DNA from: Eledone cirrhosa
Taxonomy: Eukaryota
Direction of reading: 5' to 3'
DNA length: 64,000 nucleotides
NCBI GenBank assembly: GCA_964016885.1
Contig: OZ024740.1
Location: 349,804,001 to 349,868,000 of the forward strand
Shown: positions 12,716 through 26,122 of the stretch, piece after piece
Numbering within the stretch: the stretch's first letter is position 1
Layout of the letters: each line of letters begins with the position of its first letter
Made by a program: the position numbers and the translations under genes
Notes under the pieces: generated by a model
Seen by the model: only the letters and a program-made list of their open reading frames with translations
Databases searched by the model: none
Told to the model about the DNA's origin: nothing

Positions 12716-12835
12716 CATGAGTTCAAATCCCGCCGAGGTTAACTTTGCCTTTCATCCTTACGGGATCGATAAAATAAAGTACCAGTAATGTACTGGGATA
12801 ATTACTGGCCTTGTGTCAAAAGTAGAAACAATTAT
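12716..12835 (+). mobile_element. SINE S1 (5'-truncated)
   Basis: Matches S1 from the B-box to the tail. Confidence 0.85.
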
Positions 12836-12973
12836 TAGCGTGTGTCTATGTCATCGTTGTGTGTATGTGTGTGTGTGTATATGTGTGTTGTTATTGTGTG
12901 GATACCATCATGATATGGTTGTAATCAACTTTCGTGTTTTAGTCTATTTGTGTGTGTGTGTAATTCTACGCTA

Positions 12974-13041
<68 letters not shown>

Positions 13042-13430
13042 ATGAGATAGAGAGAGAATGTATGAGCGTGCGAGTGTGTGTATATGTGTGCAATGGGTGG
13101 TGGTAGCAGTATTTCAGCTTGTGGTTCTGTGGGTCAGTATGTGTGTGTTCATCACATGTTTATATATTGTGTGAGCGTGCGGGTATGTGTGTGTGTGTGT
13201 GTGTGTCTGTCTGTCTATCACATATTTATATGATGCATGTGTGTATTCTGTGTTCTTGAATGTTTCCACAGCCCCTGCATATCACCGACTACTACACCAC
13301 AGTATACATAATCAGTAAAATCATCAAACGTTTCGCTTTACAATTCCGCTGATGAAGGCATCACATAACGTCGTGAGATAAAATGTAGAAAATACTTTTC
13401 ATATAACTTAAGTTTATTTTGATGTGTTGG

Positions 13431-13940
13431 GGGATTAATAGTATCAGTAGAAGGTCGGACGCCATGCTTTGCAGCATAGAGTTACGTCCCTTTATGGTCT
13501 GAGTTCAAATCCCGTCGAGGTTCACTTTGCCTTTCATCCTTACGGGGTCGATAAATAAAGTACTAGTAATGTACTGGGATAATTGCTGGCTCTGTGCCAA
13601 AAGTAGAAACAATTATATTATAACGGCAGTGGATTGGCAGTATCGCGAGGTTGACTTTGCCTTTCATCCTTACGGGGTCGATAAAATAAAGTACCAGTAA
13701 TGCACTGGGTAATTACTGGCCTTGTGCCTAAAGTAGAAACAAGTATCGGTAGAGGGTCGGACACCATGCTTTGTAGCATAGAGTTATGTCCCTTTATGAT
13801 CTGAGTTCAAATCCCGCCGAGGTTAACTTTGCCTTTCATCCTTACGGGGTCGATAAAATAAAGTACCAGTAATGTACTGGGTTCGATTTAATCGACTTTC
13901 CCCTCCTCCCAAATTGCTGGCCTTGTGCCTATATAAGAAA
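13431..13940 (+). mobile_element. Three head-to-tail SINE S1 copies (13431-13615, 13623-13742, 13743-13940)
   Basis: Three successive S1 cores; the middle copy lacks most of the tRNA-like head. Confidence 0.85.
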
Positions 13941-14112
13941 TCATCATATTATAAGTTTCAATCAAATTCCCAGCTCCTTTATTGCCCGCTTTGCACAAAT
14001 GTAATATTTTCCTAGATTTCATCATCAACACCATCATCATCACCATCAAAATTACCACCACCATTATCATCATCATCATCATCATCACCACCACCACCAC
14101 CACCACCACCAT

Positions 14113-14269
14113 TACTCAGTACATTACTGGTACTTTATTTTATCGACCCTGTAAGGATGAAAGGCAAAGTTGACCTCGGCGATATTTGAACTCAGAATGG
14201 AAAGGGCCGTAACTCTATGCGTCAAAGCATGACGTCCGACCCTCTACCGATACTGCCAATCCACCGCCC
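14113..14269 (-). mobile_element. SINE S1
   Basis: Includes head GGCGGTGGATTGGCAGTATCGGTAGAG (A-box-like) on the minus strand. Confidence 0.85.
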
Positions 14270-14302
14270 TTAAGAAACCACTAGTAATATTAGAATATGT
14301 AT

Positions 14303-14344
<42 letters not shown>

Positions 14345-14588
14345 GATAGATAACTCAATAAATACTTCGCAGTGGTATTAAGAACTATTCTAGCGTGCAA
14401 AGAGAATTAACTAGTTGCTCCATAAAAATGAAAAATTTAGAGCGGTTAATTAGATAAAACGTAGAGACACGCAAAACACTAAATAAATAAAACAGTCGTA
14501 ATATATAGAAATAAAGTATATATGTATCTATCTTACGTACGTATGTACGTATGTATGTGTGTATGTAGAAACAAATTGTATACTAAAT

Positions 14589-14773
14589 AATTGTTTCTAC
14601 TTTTGGCACAAGGCCAGCAATAACCCAGTATATTACTGGTACTTTATTTTATCGACCCCGTATGGATGAAAGACAAAGTTAACCTCGGCGGGATTTGAAC
14701 TCAAATCATAAAGGGACGTAACTATGCTGGAAAGCATGTCCGAGCCTCTACCGATACTGCCAATTCACCGCCC
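14589..14773 (-). mobile_element. SINE S1, full length
   Basis: Head-to-tail match to S1. Confidence 0.87.
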
Positions 14774-14781
14774 TAATTGTA

Positions 14782-14818
<37 letters not shown>

Positions 14819-14883
14819 CATTATTTAATATGGGTAATTGCTGACCTTGTACCAAAAGTAGAAATTTTTTTAATATATTTGTT

Positions 14884-14922
<39 letters not shown>

Positions 14923-15356
14923 GTATATACACACATATATATATATATGTATATACATATATATATATATATATGTGTGTGTATATACATATATATATAT
15001 ATATATGTGTGTGTATATACATATATATATGTGTGTGTATGTACGCATATATACTCACACACACACACACACACACACATGCAAATATGTAGGTGCAAAA
15101 TTGACAATAATGAAATAAGCCTGATGTAAAAAATAAAAAAAAGCCAAGAAACAAAGGCAAAAAGAAAAAAAGAAGAAATGTAATTATTAGTTTGACCCTC
15201 TGGAAGTAGAAATTGTCATGTCTTTTACATTTTGAGCTTAATCTCATCGTCAGATTGATAGAATAAAAGGAACAAATAGAAAGAGTGTACACGAAGCAAG
15301 TACATACTGGGTTCAGATCAGGCCCTGCTAAATATTCTCTCTCCGGTTATATATAT

Positions 15357-15790
<434 letters not shown>

Positions 15791-15840
15791 CACACATTTT
15801 CCAATATATATATATATACACATACATGTGTGTGTATATA

Positions 15841-15940
15841 CAGGATGTCCCCAAAAATGTATACACATTTCAAAGAGCATTCTAATAAATATTGCCTGTA
15901 CAGGTAATCAAAGTGTGTATACATTTTTGGGGACACCCTG
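15841..15940. mobile_element. Tc1/mariner-type MITE (100 bp), same family as 3078
   Basis: ~27 bp TIRs CAGG(A/G)TGTCCCCAAAAATGTATACAC, TA flanks, opposite orientation to the 3078 copy. Confidence 0.82.
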
Positions 15941-15974
<34 letters not shown>

Positions 15975-16158
15975 TTAATATATGTTTCTGAGGAAGAGCG
16001 TGAGATGTATCTGGAGTATTGAGACTAATGATATGCAGTTACATAACTACTATCGGTTAGTCAGAGTATTGATTTATCATGATCAATCAATCTTCTGAAA
16101 CAATCGTAAAACAATGAAATGATTAAGCATTGAACGTGGCCTTTTGTTTTCGTTGTTC

Positions 16159-16230
<72 letters not shown>

Positions 16231-16317
16231 TTTAGATAATATATATATTACTGCATATCTATATATTTACAACTCTTATCGGGTCCTCTATGGTCTTTGT
16301 ATTCATTTTTAGCACTA

Positions 16318-16446
<129 letters not shown>

Positions 16447-16449
16447 TAT

Positions 16450-17700
16450 ATAGTATAAAAGAAAAAAACACAGGTAAGCATTAAGAGAAGGATTTTATCT
16501 TATCCAGGTATTTACGACCGTTTCATTGGTAAGTACAGCCTTATATTGCTATACTGCAAATAGCAGCCACTCAATGATAATTGTCCAAATTTTCAAAATA
16601 GTGAGTAAGTTACTCTTGAAATAGTTCTTAATATATAGAGAAAAACATTTTTTTGGAATTGTATTTACTAGTATAGAGAGAGAGGAAGAGGAATTAGAAA
16701 GTGAGGGGACAAACGGAATAGTATAGAGAGAGAGGAAGGGGGAGAAGAGTTAGGAAGTAGAGTGACAAACCGAGATGGAGTAAGGGGTAGAGGTGGAAGG
16801 ATTCTTTGAATAGTTTTGATATGTAGACTTCATGTCGGTGATTGTAGTGAGTTAAAGAGAATTAAATTGATCATAGTGGGAGGGATGGAGAGAGGGGGGA
16901 GATAAAGATATAAATATATATATATATTAAAAAAATAAAGATAAAAATAATAATGATAAAAATAAAAGTAAAGAGGGGGGGGGGGGGAGAAAGAAGAACA
17001 GAAAAAAATAGCCAAAAAGAGGATGGAAGAAAGGAAGAAAACGAAAAGAAATAGAAGAGGAATGAAGGAGAAGGGAGGGATATAGGTATTGGTTTTTGTG
17101 GGTAATTAAAGAGGTTAGATACAATAAGAGGGTATAAAGTCTAAGTATATGCAGTTTGTCAGTTGGTAGTAAGAGATTAAGGGTTCGATTTGCACTTGTA
17201 TTGCGAAAACTTTTCTTTGAGTCTATGGTTACAATAAATTGATATTTCGATTTTATTGTTGAGTAACCTATTCTTCGAACTCAAAATGTGGAACAGCTCA
17301 AGGTCACATAATCGACAGCTTCTCATACCACTCCGATATGGGGGCGCGTTCGATAATTTTTTCCACTTCAGGGTGTATTGATGGTTACTTTCCCTCAGTT
17401 GCCAGGTCTTGTTTGCAAAGGTATTTACATAACGATGCTGGGAATGTTTCATTGCGTAACGGTGTGTATACCAACGGGCTTTAAATGTATTCCCAGTCGC
17501 TCCGATGTAATACCATTTCTGGTTCTCTGATTCCACTGTGAATTGGTAAACCAGGTTAGACTGCATACATTCATTATGTAATGGACAGGTTTCAGGTAGG
17601 TGGCAGTTACAATTCTTGTCATGGGCAACTTTGGCATTATTGGTGGGCTGCGATGCCTGTACTGGTGTGTTACGTTTTGTTTGCCTATTAGTGGGTGGTT
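16450..17700 (-). mobile_element. 5'-truncated Penelope-like element: GIY-YIG endonuclease C-terminus + 3' UTR with degenerate hammerhead
   Basis: 17177..17700: [53 protein letters not shown]. Downstream on the same strand, GAAACGGUCGUA-AAUA at ~16508-16525. Bounded by microsatellites. Confidence 0.85.
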
Positions 17701-17713
17701 GTGTACACACACA

Positions 17714-17857
<144 letters not shown>

Positions 17858-17872
17858 CATATATATATATAC

Positions 17873-17937
<65 letters not shown>

Positions 17938-17944
<7 letters not shown>

Positions 17945-17995
17945 ATACTTTGGGAGGGTCATGTTGCTAAACAAATTCAGAAACGAAATATATAT
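17938..17995. mobile_element. Rearranged (internally inverted) fragment of the family also at 22200-22285 and 62750-62842
   Basis: TATTGTTATACTTTGGGAGGGTCATGTTGC (reverse complement of 62755-62784) is joined via TTGC to TAAACAAATTCAGAAACGAAAT (same strand as 62821-62842). Confidence 0.65.
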
Positions 17996-18861
17996 ATATA
18001 TATATATGAAAACAGGGGTAAGAGACGATTATGAGGAAGAAAAAAATATATATGGGGGGATTGTGTGTGTGTGTGTGTGTTTGTTTGTGTGTTTGTGTGT
18101 ATGTGAGTGCGTGTTTGTATGCATGCGTTAGCGTGTGTAATAAAACCACGACATTTTTTCCACAGTGTGTTTTTTACCCTGCTATACACGACCGCCAAAT
18201 GACTGGCCTGTGAACTCAGATAACGATAAACTTAGATAATGTTTTCTTGTATGAGTCTCACGGTGCCAGAGTGTCCGAAAAGAGGACAGTTAGAAAGACC
18301 ACCTGTATAATGTTTCTGAGCAAACTAATTCTTATATATACAAGAGATTTTCGACACTGCAACAGAACGACAACTTGCTTGGTCAGTTTCGCAATGTAGT
18401 GACACACACAGGCACACTCGCTCGCTAGCTAGCCCCTCTGGGATCGGTACTAGTTGAGCTTGTTACCAGATTAGTAAAATTTAGTACTTTGGAATTCAAC
18501 ATAACACACAACATCTACACGTGCATCTTTTTTCATTCATTGCTGCCCATGAGCTTGAAGTACATCTTGTTACACATAAAAACATTAAAATTCTTAATAA
18601 AATGTCTTCTTCATTTGTTAATTTTCATCCTTGCAGTTTTAGAAAATCATCTTCCGCACGGTAATATCACTTCACACCACAACAAGCGGGTACATCTATT
18701 TGTTTCCTTGAATATGTCAAAACTTCTCTCGATTCACTGAGTCACACTTCATATACTCATTTTCCATTACTCGATCAACACGCTACTCATCAAATTCACA
18801 CTCCAACTACACCACTACAAGTAACCATCAGCGAAGTAACATTTATTATATATATATATAT

Positions 18862-19049
18862 AACTGTTTCTACTTTTGGCACAAGGCCAGCAATTATCCC
18901 AGTGTATTACTGCTACTTTATTTTATTGACCCCGTAAGGATGAAAGGCAAAGTTAACCTCGGCGGGATTTGAATTCAGACCATAAAGGGCCGTAACTCTT
19001 TGCTGCAAAGCATGGCGTCCGACCCTCTACCGATACTGCCAATCCACCG

Positions 19050-19052
<3 letters not shown>
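18862..19052 (-). mobile_element. SINE S1, full length, in (TA)n
   Basis: Complete head-to-tail match. Confidence 0.9.
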
Positions 19053-19107
<55 letters not shown>

Positions 19108-19109
<2 letters not shown>

Positions 19110-19298
19110 CGAAGGAGTATTGGTAAGGAACCAGATGGACCATAACGCACCAGAGTACTCAATACTTAGGGTAGTAGAGTGGGTAATAGGAAAATGTATG
19201 ACCCCGACGGCAGAGCTCAAGCCGTTTCGACGGCTATTTCTAGACTAGAGATAGCCGTCGAAATGGCTTGAGCTCTGCCGTCGGGGTCATACATTTTC

Positions 19299-19302
<4 letters not shown>
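19108..19302 (-). mobile_element. Family A copy with fold-back palindrome (apex ~19244)
   Basis: Same 3' end as 3191. Arms ~19186-19243 / 19245-19302, with copy-specific variants present on both arms. Confidence 0.72.
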
Positions 19303-19371
<69 letters not shown>

Positions 19372-19397
19372 TACATTCACACGCACAGACATATACA

Positions 19398-19527
19398 TAT
19401 GAAGGATTCGAGTCCCCGTTGGAGCTCAGCCACCGGGTGGCCGAATCCTTCATATTACTACCTCAAGTATCGAGTACTCTGGTGAGCAATGGTCTAACAG
19501 GTTTTTACTGTATCCATTCTGATTCAT
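19398..19527 (+). mobile_element. Divergent family A relative with decayed palindrome
   Basis: ATATGAAGGATTCG...CGAATCCTTCATAT, then TACTACCTCAAGTATCGAGTACTCTGGTG..ATGGTC similar to the family A 3' end. Confidence 0.55.
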
Positions 19528-19593
19528 ATATATATATATATATATATAAAACCTTATAGAATCACTTATCTGACTTAATCATCATTCGTTATA

Positions 19594-19644
<51 letters not shown>

Positions 19645-19648
<4 letters not shown>

Positions 19649-19901
19649 CGATATATTAACAAATGGAAACTATATTTATAAAACCATATTTATTTCATTA
19701 TACATATTTCAAGGACACCAAGTCAAATTATGGTGCGCTTTCATCAGATAAAATATAATATAGATCAGTTTTATAAATGAATATTGGCATACCCTTATAG
19801 AATGCGACCATTTTTTTTACTCCAATAATTTGTTGAGTGCTTTATATCAGTTATAAAAATATTTGCTTGTTGTATCCCAACAATTTAAATATAACTTCTA
19901 C
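19645..19901. mobile_element. Family D element with 5' inversion, in (TA)n
   Basis: 19645-19812 matches the left arm of the 52356 palindrome; 19817-19901 matches 52724-52808. Confidence 0.8.
19691..19755 (-). ncRNA. Type I hammerhead ribozyme (family D)
   Basis: UAUUUUAU-CUGAUGA-AAG..CACCA(loop)UGGUG..CUU-GAA-AUAUGUAU-A-AUGAAAUA. Confidence 0.68.
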
Positions 19902-19912
19902 ACATATATATA

Positions 19913-19986
<74 letters not shown>

Positions 19987-21014
19987 ATATATATATATTG
20001 AGTTAGAAACTCAAAATAGTCTTTTACAATTAAATAGCTCAAAGAAGGGAATCTTTCCGAGCCGTGTAATATAATTGAATATATGAGAGGGATGAACACT
20101 GATACCAGTATACATGTGTTCCAATTGCAAATGATCAAGTTAGCTAGGTTGAAAAAATACTAATTTAAAACAATATGGTTTGCCTGTCTCGATTTAAAGT
20201 AATAAATCAATAAAAATAACAAACCTTTATCGGGCAACTGCCTTTGATACCCGGACAGGACAGATCTCTCTCTCTCTATATATATATATATATAGATCGG
20301 CCGACTAACTCACTCGATATGCAAATTAGGCTGCTCAGCCGTTAATATGCATAAGGAAAGTATATACTTTCAAACATTCAATCATTTGACAGGAAGGTAT
20401 ACGATGCTGACGATAGCTAATAAGCTTGAAACTAGTTCATCGTTCCTTTGTCAGTGTTGAACAAAAGGGCAACGATGGTTGCCGAAAACTGTACGGCTTA
20501 ATTCGGGCTGTTTGTTTACAAACAAACCGAGCATTATAATAAATGTTCGGTAAACCCATACGAACATATGTATATATATATGTGCATGTATGTGTATATA
20601 TACATACTACTGTACGTCTGTATACATATATGTATGTACGTATACATACTTACATTTAAGTATCAGCCGTACTAAGAGTGAGAAATGAAATTCCATTTCA
20701 TTCTTTTCCATTTATATATATATATATATATACAAATATTTGTGTGCGTGTATGTGTGTGTAGTATGCCTCCACTGGTAGCTCTCTTCATATTCCCTGTG
20801 TTTTACTTCTCTTCTCCTTCCCCCATCAATCTCTTTCTACCCAACTTTCTCCTTCTTGTGACTTCACTTTCTTATAGATACATTTGTGTGATGATGTTGT
20901 ACTTTTAGAATCCCCCCCCCCTCTCTCTCTCTCTCACACAGACAACTTCCTTCTTTTGATGTTGTTACCAGGAACGCTCTCTCGCTAGCGCTGTGTATTT
21001 CTGTTTCCTTTCTT

Positions 21015-21059
<45 letters not shown>

Positions 21060-21299
21060 GTCTCTCTCTCTGACTACTTTCTGCTCCTCATGAAAATTTG
21101 CAGTGTATATGAAATATTATTGTATTTAAAAAACAAAGACAAAAGCACTGCTTTTAGGTTCCCTAATCGGTCGCTGTTTCCTCCTTGTATACATTTGTAT
21201 ACCTGTTTTCACTCAAATTAGATACTTGCGTTTCAATCAGTTACGTAGTACATTTCTTTAAATCAGATTTGAATTTTTTTTCTTATTAAGTTATCGCTA

Positions 21300-21625
21300 T
21301 CATCAATTCGGAATTCGTGCTAACCCTTACCCATGGTCATGAATCTTGGGTAATGACCGAAAGAATATGATCGCGAATACAAGCGGCCGAAATGGGGTTT
21401 CTCCGAAGCGTCTTTGGAGTATCGTTACTCGATAGAGTACGTAGCTCGGAGATCAGAGAGCCGCTGCAGGTAGAGCCGCTACTTCTCCAAATTGAGAGAT
21501 CACAGCTCCAATATTATGGCCTGGCCACGTGATTAGAATGTCTTATGAAAAAATCGTTGGACAGATTTTATGGGCAAAACCAACCGGCAGGAGACCCAAA
21601 GGTAGACTCCGAGCAAGACAGTTGG
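21300..21625 (+). mobile_element. RTE-clade LINE 3' fragment (Rex3/Expander-like)
   Basis: TLTHGHESWVMTERI*SRIQAAEMGFLRSVFGVSLLDRVRSSEIREPLQVEPLLLQIERSQL..HVIRM..PTGRRPKGR, followed by (GAA)n at 21647-21733. Confidence 0.85.
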
Positions 21626-22063
21626 TGGAGGAGGAGGGGGGAAGACGAAGAAGAAGAAGAAGAAGAAGAAGAAGAAGAAGAAGAAGAAGAAGAAGAAGAA
21701 GAAGAAGAAGAAGAAGAAGAAGAAGAAGAAGAAAGCTCCCAGACAGTGTTAATTTTATTCAACGACATCAGCGTTCGCATAGCTTCTTGAACCTTCTGTT
21801 TTCTTTATAAAAGTTTACCCTTCAAATATGTCATGCTATCATACACAAGAAAGGAGAATGGGTGAATTGTTCCTCATGATTTCAATTGAAATTCTTTGAC
21901 TTACAAGTTAAATTAACCGCGGCTTTGTAATGGCATGAGACTAATGTCAGACCTGCCAACCTCTAAAAACCCAAATGTCTACGCCATTACAATACAATAC
22001 AATAGGAGGGAACATAATAGTACCACTGATGATGATGCAGATCTGCAATGAAAGAACTTTGAA

Positions 22064-22094
<31 letters not shown>

Positions 22095-22466
22095 CTGTAT
22101 TTTTAACCGTTGGTCAATCAATGATAAACGTTGATTGCCACATAAAGTAACTATGGAGATATAAAAGATACAGAAGCGAAAACCAACCAAACAGTGAGTG
22201 TGTTCTGTTATTATTTCTGACCCTCGCCAAGTATAACAATATTTGTTTCGACACACGATTTTATATCAAAAACCTTGCAAAATAAATATATATATATATA
22301 TCCCTTTTGCTTATATATATATATATGTGTGTGTGTGTATGTGTGTGTGTATGTGTGTGTGTGTGTGTGCGTGTATGTGTGTGTGTGTGTATATATATAC
22401 ATACTAAACTTTTACTGGGTTTTCAATAACCCGCTATAAAAGGAAATACAACAAAGGCATTCCTTT

Positions 22467-22620
22467 TTAGTTCCCTTTGCTCCCACTGGAACAGTGGGTG
22501 ACGATGGATCTCCATTCAGCAGATATGCAAGGCATGTCACGAGCCTGTTTCCAGGACAGGTATCAATTCCAGTACTGTCAGCCGGAGCCAGCTGAGCCTG
22601 CTAGTCAATTCATTTCATAC
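22467..22620 (-). mobile_element. RTE-like LINE extreme C-terminus
   Basis: YLSWKQARDMPCISAEWRSIVTHCSSGSKGN* resembles RTE ORF ends (W..A....WR..V). Confidence 0.45.
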
Positions 22621-22630
22621 TGTTTTCAAA

Positions 22631-22985
22631 TAATTGTTTCTACTTTTAACACAAGGCCAGCAATTATCCCAGTGTATTACTGGTACTTTATTTTATCGAC
22701 CCCGTAAGGATGAAAGGCAAAGTTAACCTCGGCGGGATTTGAACTCAGACAATAGAGGGCCGTAACTCTGTGCTTCAAAGCATGGCGTCCGAGCCTCTAC
22801 CGATACTGCCAATCCACCAAGTATTTATGAGAGAAGGGAAGCCGAGTATATTTACTCCAATACTTGGCCTATATTTTATCGACGCCAGAAGAAATGAAGG
22901 CAAACTTGACCTCACCGGGATTTGAATTCAAAACGTAGAGTCGAAGCTAAGACTGCTAAGCATTTGTCCGAAGCTCTAGCAACCT
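22631..22985 (-). mobile_element. SINE S1 (22631-22818) plus older S1-like copy (~22870-22985)
   Basis: S1 core and B-box. Confidence 0.8.
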
Positions 22986-23040
22986 AGCCTCTGATAGTAA
23001 CATCAATAACAATCATCATCATCATCCTCCTCATCAAAAT

Positions 23041-23071
<31 letters not shown>

Positions 23072-24149
23072 ATCAGCAGCAACAACAATAATAAATATAT
23101 TAACAACAACAACAATAAATTAAGAGAGTTGTGCAATTCGTATGTTTAATATAGACACATGTGTTCTGTGTGGCTAGGAAGTGAGCTTCGCAACTACTAG
23201 CTCGGGTTCTAAAACAATTCTTTAAACATTTCATAGGGAAGTAAAAGTAAAGGACGTAAAGCATTTAGATCTCACGACTGGAAAATCCTTAGGATCCAAG
23301 ACCACATCTTGTGAGTCACGTCAATTTTCATGTTGACTAACAGAAATACTACTCACTGTGTAGTAGTTAGCTAGTGTAAGTATGTGTGTGTGTATGTGTT
23401 TCGTGATGTTTTTGTTAATGGATACAAATGTATGAAAATAGAAAACTACATTTTTGGCATGCAAATGATATGAAGTCGTATCGACATATTTCATCATTAA
23501 TTTAATTTAATACAACGGGGTGACCCCCACCTCCTCAACGTAATGAAGCAAAGATGGGATATGGACTAGTAATAAATAGAGGCATGTTTGAAAGAGCTCA
23601 GCTCAGCACTTTCGATGAGATTCGAACCCGTATCGAATAAATAAGATATTTTTGTTTTTGTCGATTCTCGGATAAACTATAGCCTGTATTCCTGGAACGC
23701 ATAGTGTAGCGAAATGCTTATAATTAAAATGAAAATATATGTCGTACCGAGAGAACGATAGAGACTTGCAAAGACATTTAATTTTGCAGTTTATTTATTT
23801 TAATACATAATTTCAATACCTATATTTTCTGAATACAGAAAACCACGAGGACACACACGGAAATTCGTATTTATAATTATAGATGTGAGAACTCCAGTTT
23901 AAGTTGTTCTCCACAGTCACGCTTTGATATTATTTGACACCATGAGGAGTTCACTCAGGAGAAATTGTTATGGTTGTTTAAAAACAACCTCTTCGTCGAA
24001 GGGGATGAAATCAAATGATTTCCTCGTTTAGTAGCATATAGCTTTTGTTTTTCGTTCATATAATCTTAATCATGTAGATCATATTGTGTTACCTATTCCG
24101 TTCCTGACTTCCTGAAACCTAGATAACTGCAATAAAAAAAGAGAGAAAA

Positions 24150-24460
24150 ACTATCATTTGTATAAGTTATTACGAGAAGATGGTCCCACGCAGTACCTTG
24201 GGAGGACACCAGTAATGATTTTTGTAGGGCTTCAGTGGAGTTCATCGATCAAAACATGGTGGATTATGTGAGCCAGGAAATATTTCATCCACAGCAGTAG
24301 TTTTACACGGGCTTAAAGTTTATGACATCTGTGTTAGAGCCCTCTCTCGATACATTTAAATGTCATCAAAATGGCGTAGAATTTGTTTGAAACAGTCTCT
24401 GCTTCCGAGAAGACTGTACTGATGGTGATTTAAGAGATCGCTGCTCTCCAGGAAGTTAAT
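24150..24460 (-). mobile_element. Highly degenerate CR1-type RT fragment
   Basis: Minus-strand traces of RDCFKQILRHFDDI and TGV.PQGT..GP...YTND, with frameshifts. Confidence 0.5.
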
Positions 24461-24510
24461 TCTTGAACACAACAAATACACACTCACAGACAACACACAC
24501 ACACTACTCC

Positions 24511-24559
<49 letters not shown>

Positions 24560-24663
24560 CACACTTATTGACAGTTGATGATTCACTCCATTATAACTCA
24601 GTCTCCAGCCACGTGCGGTATTTCAGTCGAAACGTGTGCATATATATAAATATATATGTGTAC

Positions 24664-24696
<33 letters not shown>

Positions 24697-24985
24697 TGTA
24701 TGTATGTATGTATGTATGTATGTATGTATGTATGTATGTATGTATGTATGTTTGTATGCATGTATGTATGTGTGTCCGTGTATATATGTATGTATATCAG
24801 ACGCACAATTACATAAGTTGAAGTAAACAAAGGATGATTACGTTGAATCTAGTGGTACTTGCACTAGCATAGTAAGAAAAAAAGCAGCAGCAGTAGCATC
24901 ACTGTCTTTTTTTTAAACAATTATATGTACACAAAGAAAGTATGACTGTATATCTTTCGTTTGTGTGGCAGTCTGTCTATCTGTA

Positions 24986-25019
<34 letters not shown>

Positions 25020-25084
25020 CATATATACATACATACATACATACATAGGCACAGAAACACACACACACACACATATATATATAA

Positions 25085-25222
25085 GTTTATCCCAGGTTTA
25101 ATCGGGGGTAACCACAGTAAGTAAGGTACTCAATACATAGCAGAGAATATATATTTAATATAGAAATGGCTTCTACAGGACTAGAACTGTTTCATTCGGA
25201 AGAAATCATCAGGAAGCCCTGA
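25085..25222 (-). mobile_element. Family B: Penelope-like 3' end abutting (TA)n
   Basis: GTAACCACAGTAAGTAAGGTACTCAATACATAGCAGAG is shared with 31661, and partly with 62068 and 36040. Confidence 0.7.
25168..25218 (-). ncRNA. Type I hammerhead ribozyme (family B)
   Basis: GGCUUC-CUGAUGA-UUUC(UUCC)GAAU-GAA-ACAG(UUCUAGUC)CUGU-A-GAAGCC; GUA triplet. Confidence 0.8.
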
Positions 25223-25249
25223 ATTTCCATTAACTAATTAAAAGAATTT

Positions 25250-25570
25250 CCATTAACAATGCTTGCCTCCATCCTCAAGATCTCATGGAAGTTTCATATA
25301 CCAGATACTGATGTACTCACTGCTACGAGCCTGACTGCCAAGCATCGAGACTATGATCATAAAACAGCTTTTCCGGTGGTCATGTCGCATAGTAAACCTA
25401 GAGGACAGCAGACACCAAAAACAAGTATTGTATGGAGGGCTTGTAAGGCAAACGCCTGCAGTGCAAGTCAAACAAGACTGCGTAAAAGATGCCCCGAAGA
25501 AAGTCTACATCAATAGTGAAACATTGGAAAGATCTTGCAAAAGACAGATGCCAGTGGCGAAATCTGATTC
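25250..25570 (+). mobile_element. Degenerate RTE (BovB-like) LINE fragment
   Basis: CLASILKISWKFHIPDTDVL..MIIKQLFRWS..EDSRHQKQVLYGGL, with frameshifts. Confidence 0.7.
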
Positions 25571-25734
25571 TTACCGGAAGGTAACCAGATTTCTCCACCA
25601 TATATCGTGACTGTTAGATCAAACAGTTTCTATTATTTCGATGCTATATCAACATACATGTACTTTAAATGCAATTTTCAGGTGTCATCAACATGACACA
25701 GTGCAACAGAGCTGGACCTTTGAATTAAAGATAT

Positions 25735-25876
25735 AGTTTCCATCTACTCAATTTCACTAACATGGCTTAAGTTAAACCATGGCTAATATAAAATACATTC
25801 TTCCAAGAGGTTATGAAGTAGAATCGAGCCCAGTTCTACATGATCGTGAAGCGAGCTCCTTACCACCCGGACACGG
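25735..25876 (-). mobile_element. Degenerate second SINE family (S2, tRNA head, CORE-like)
   Basis: TTCCATCTAC..AATTTCACT...ATCGAGCCCAG...CTTACCACCCGG; related to 26870-27145. Confidence 0.5.
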
Positions 25877-26078
25877 ACACAGACCCCCCCCCCCCCCCAC
25901 ACACACACATTTATATATGACTGGGGTTGTATAATAAATCATATACGAAATGTTCATGTCATAGCATCATTTCCTCTCATTTCGGCCAGCTTTTGCTCTG
26001 TATACAAATGAGCTTCTCAGCCGATGTTCATAATTCGATAAGGTCTTATTTTCGTCTTAGTATCTAAGCAGGAGTAAG

Positions 26079-26122
26079 TTTCTCTGACGATGGTTAAGAA
26101 AACCGAAACGACGCAGTTAGAA
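26079..26122 (+). ncRNA. Hammerhead ribozyme-like motif within a longer hairpin
   Basis: UUCU-CUGACGA-U-GGUU(AAGAA)AACC-GAA-AC(GACGCA)GU-U-AGAA. Flanks 26054-26074 and 26127-26150 are complementary. Confidence 0.62.

Noticed and set aside
21529-21810. Poly-Arg/poly-Glu protein
   Set aside because: (GAA)n tract following an RTE fragment.
23605-23640. tRNA gene (B-box GGTTCGAATC on minus strand)
   Set aside because: No cloverleaf can be formed; more likely a decayed SINE head. The same applies to the S1 heads.
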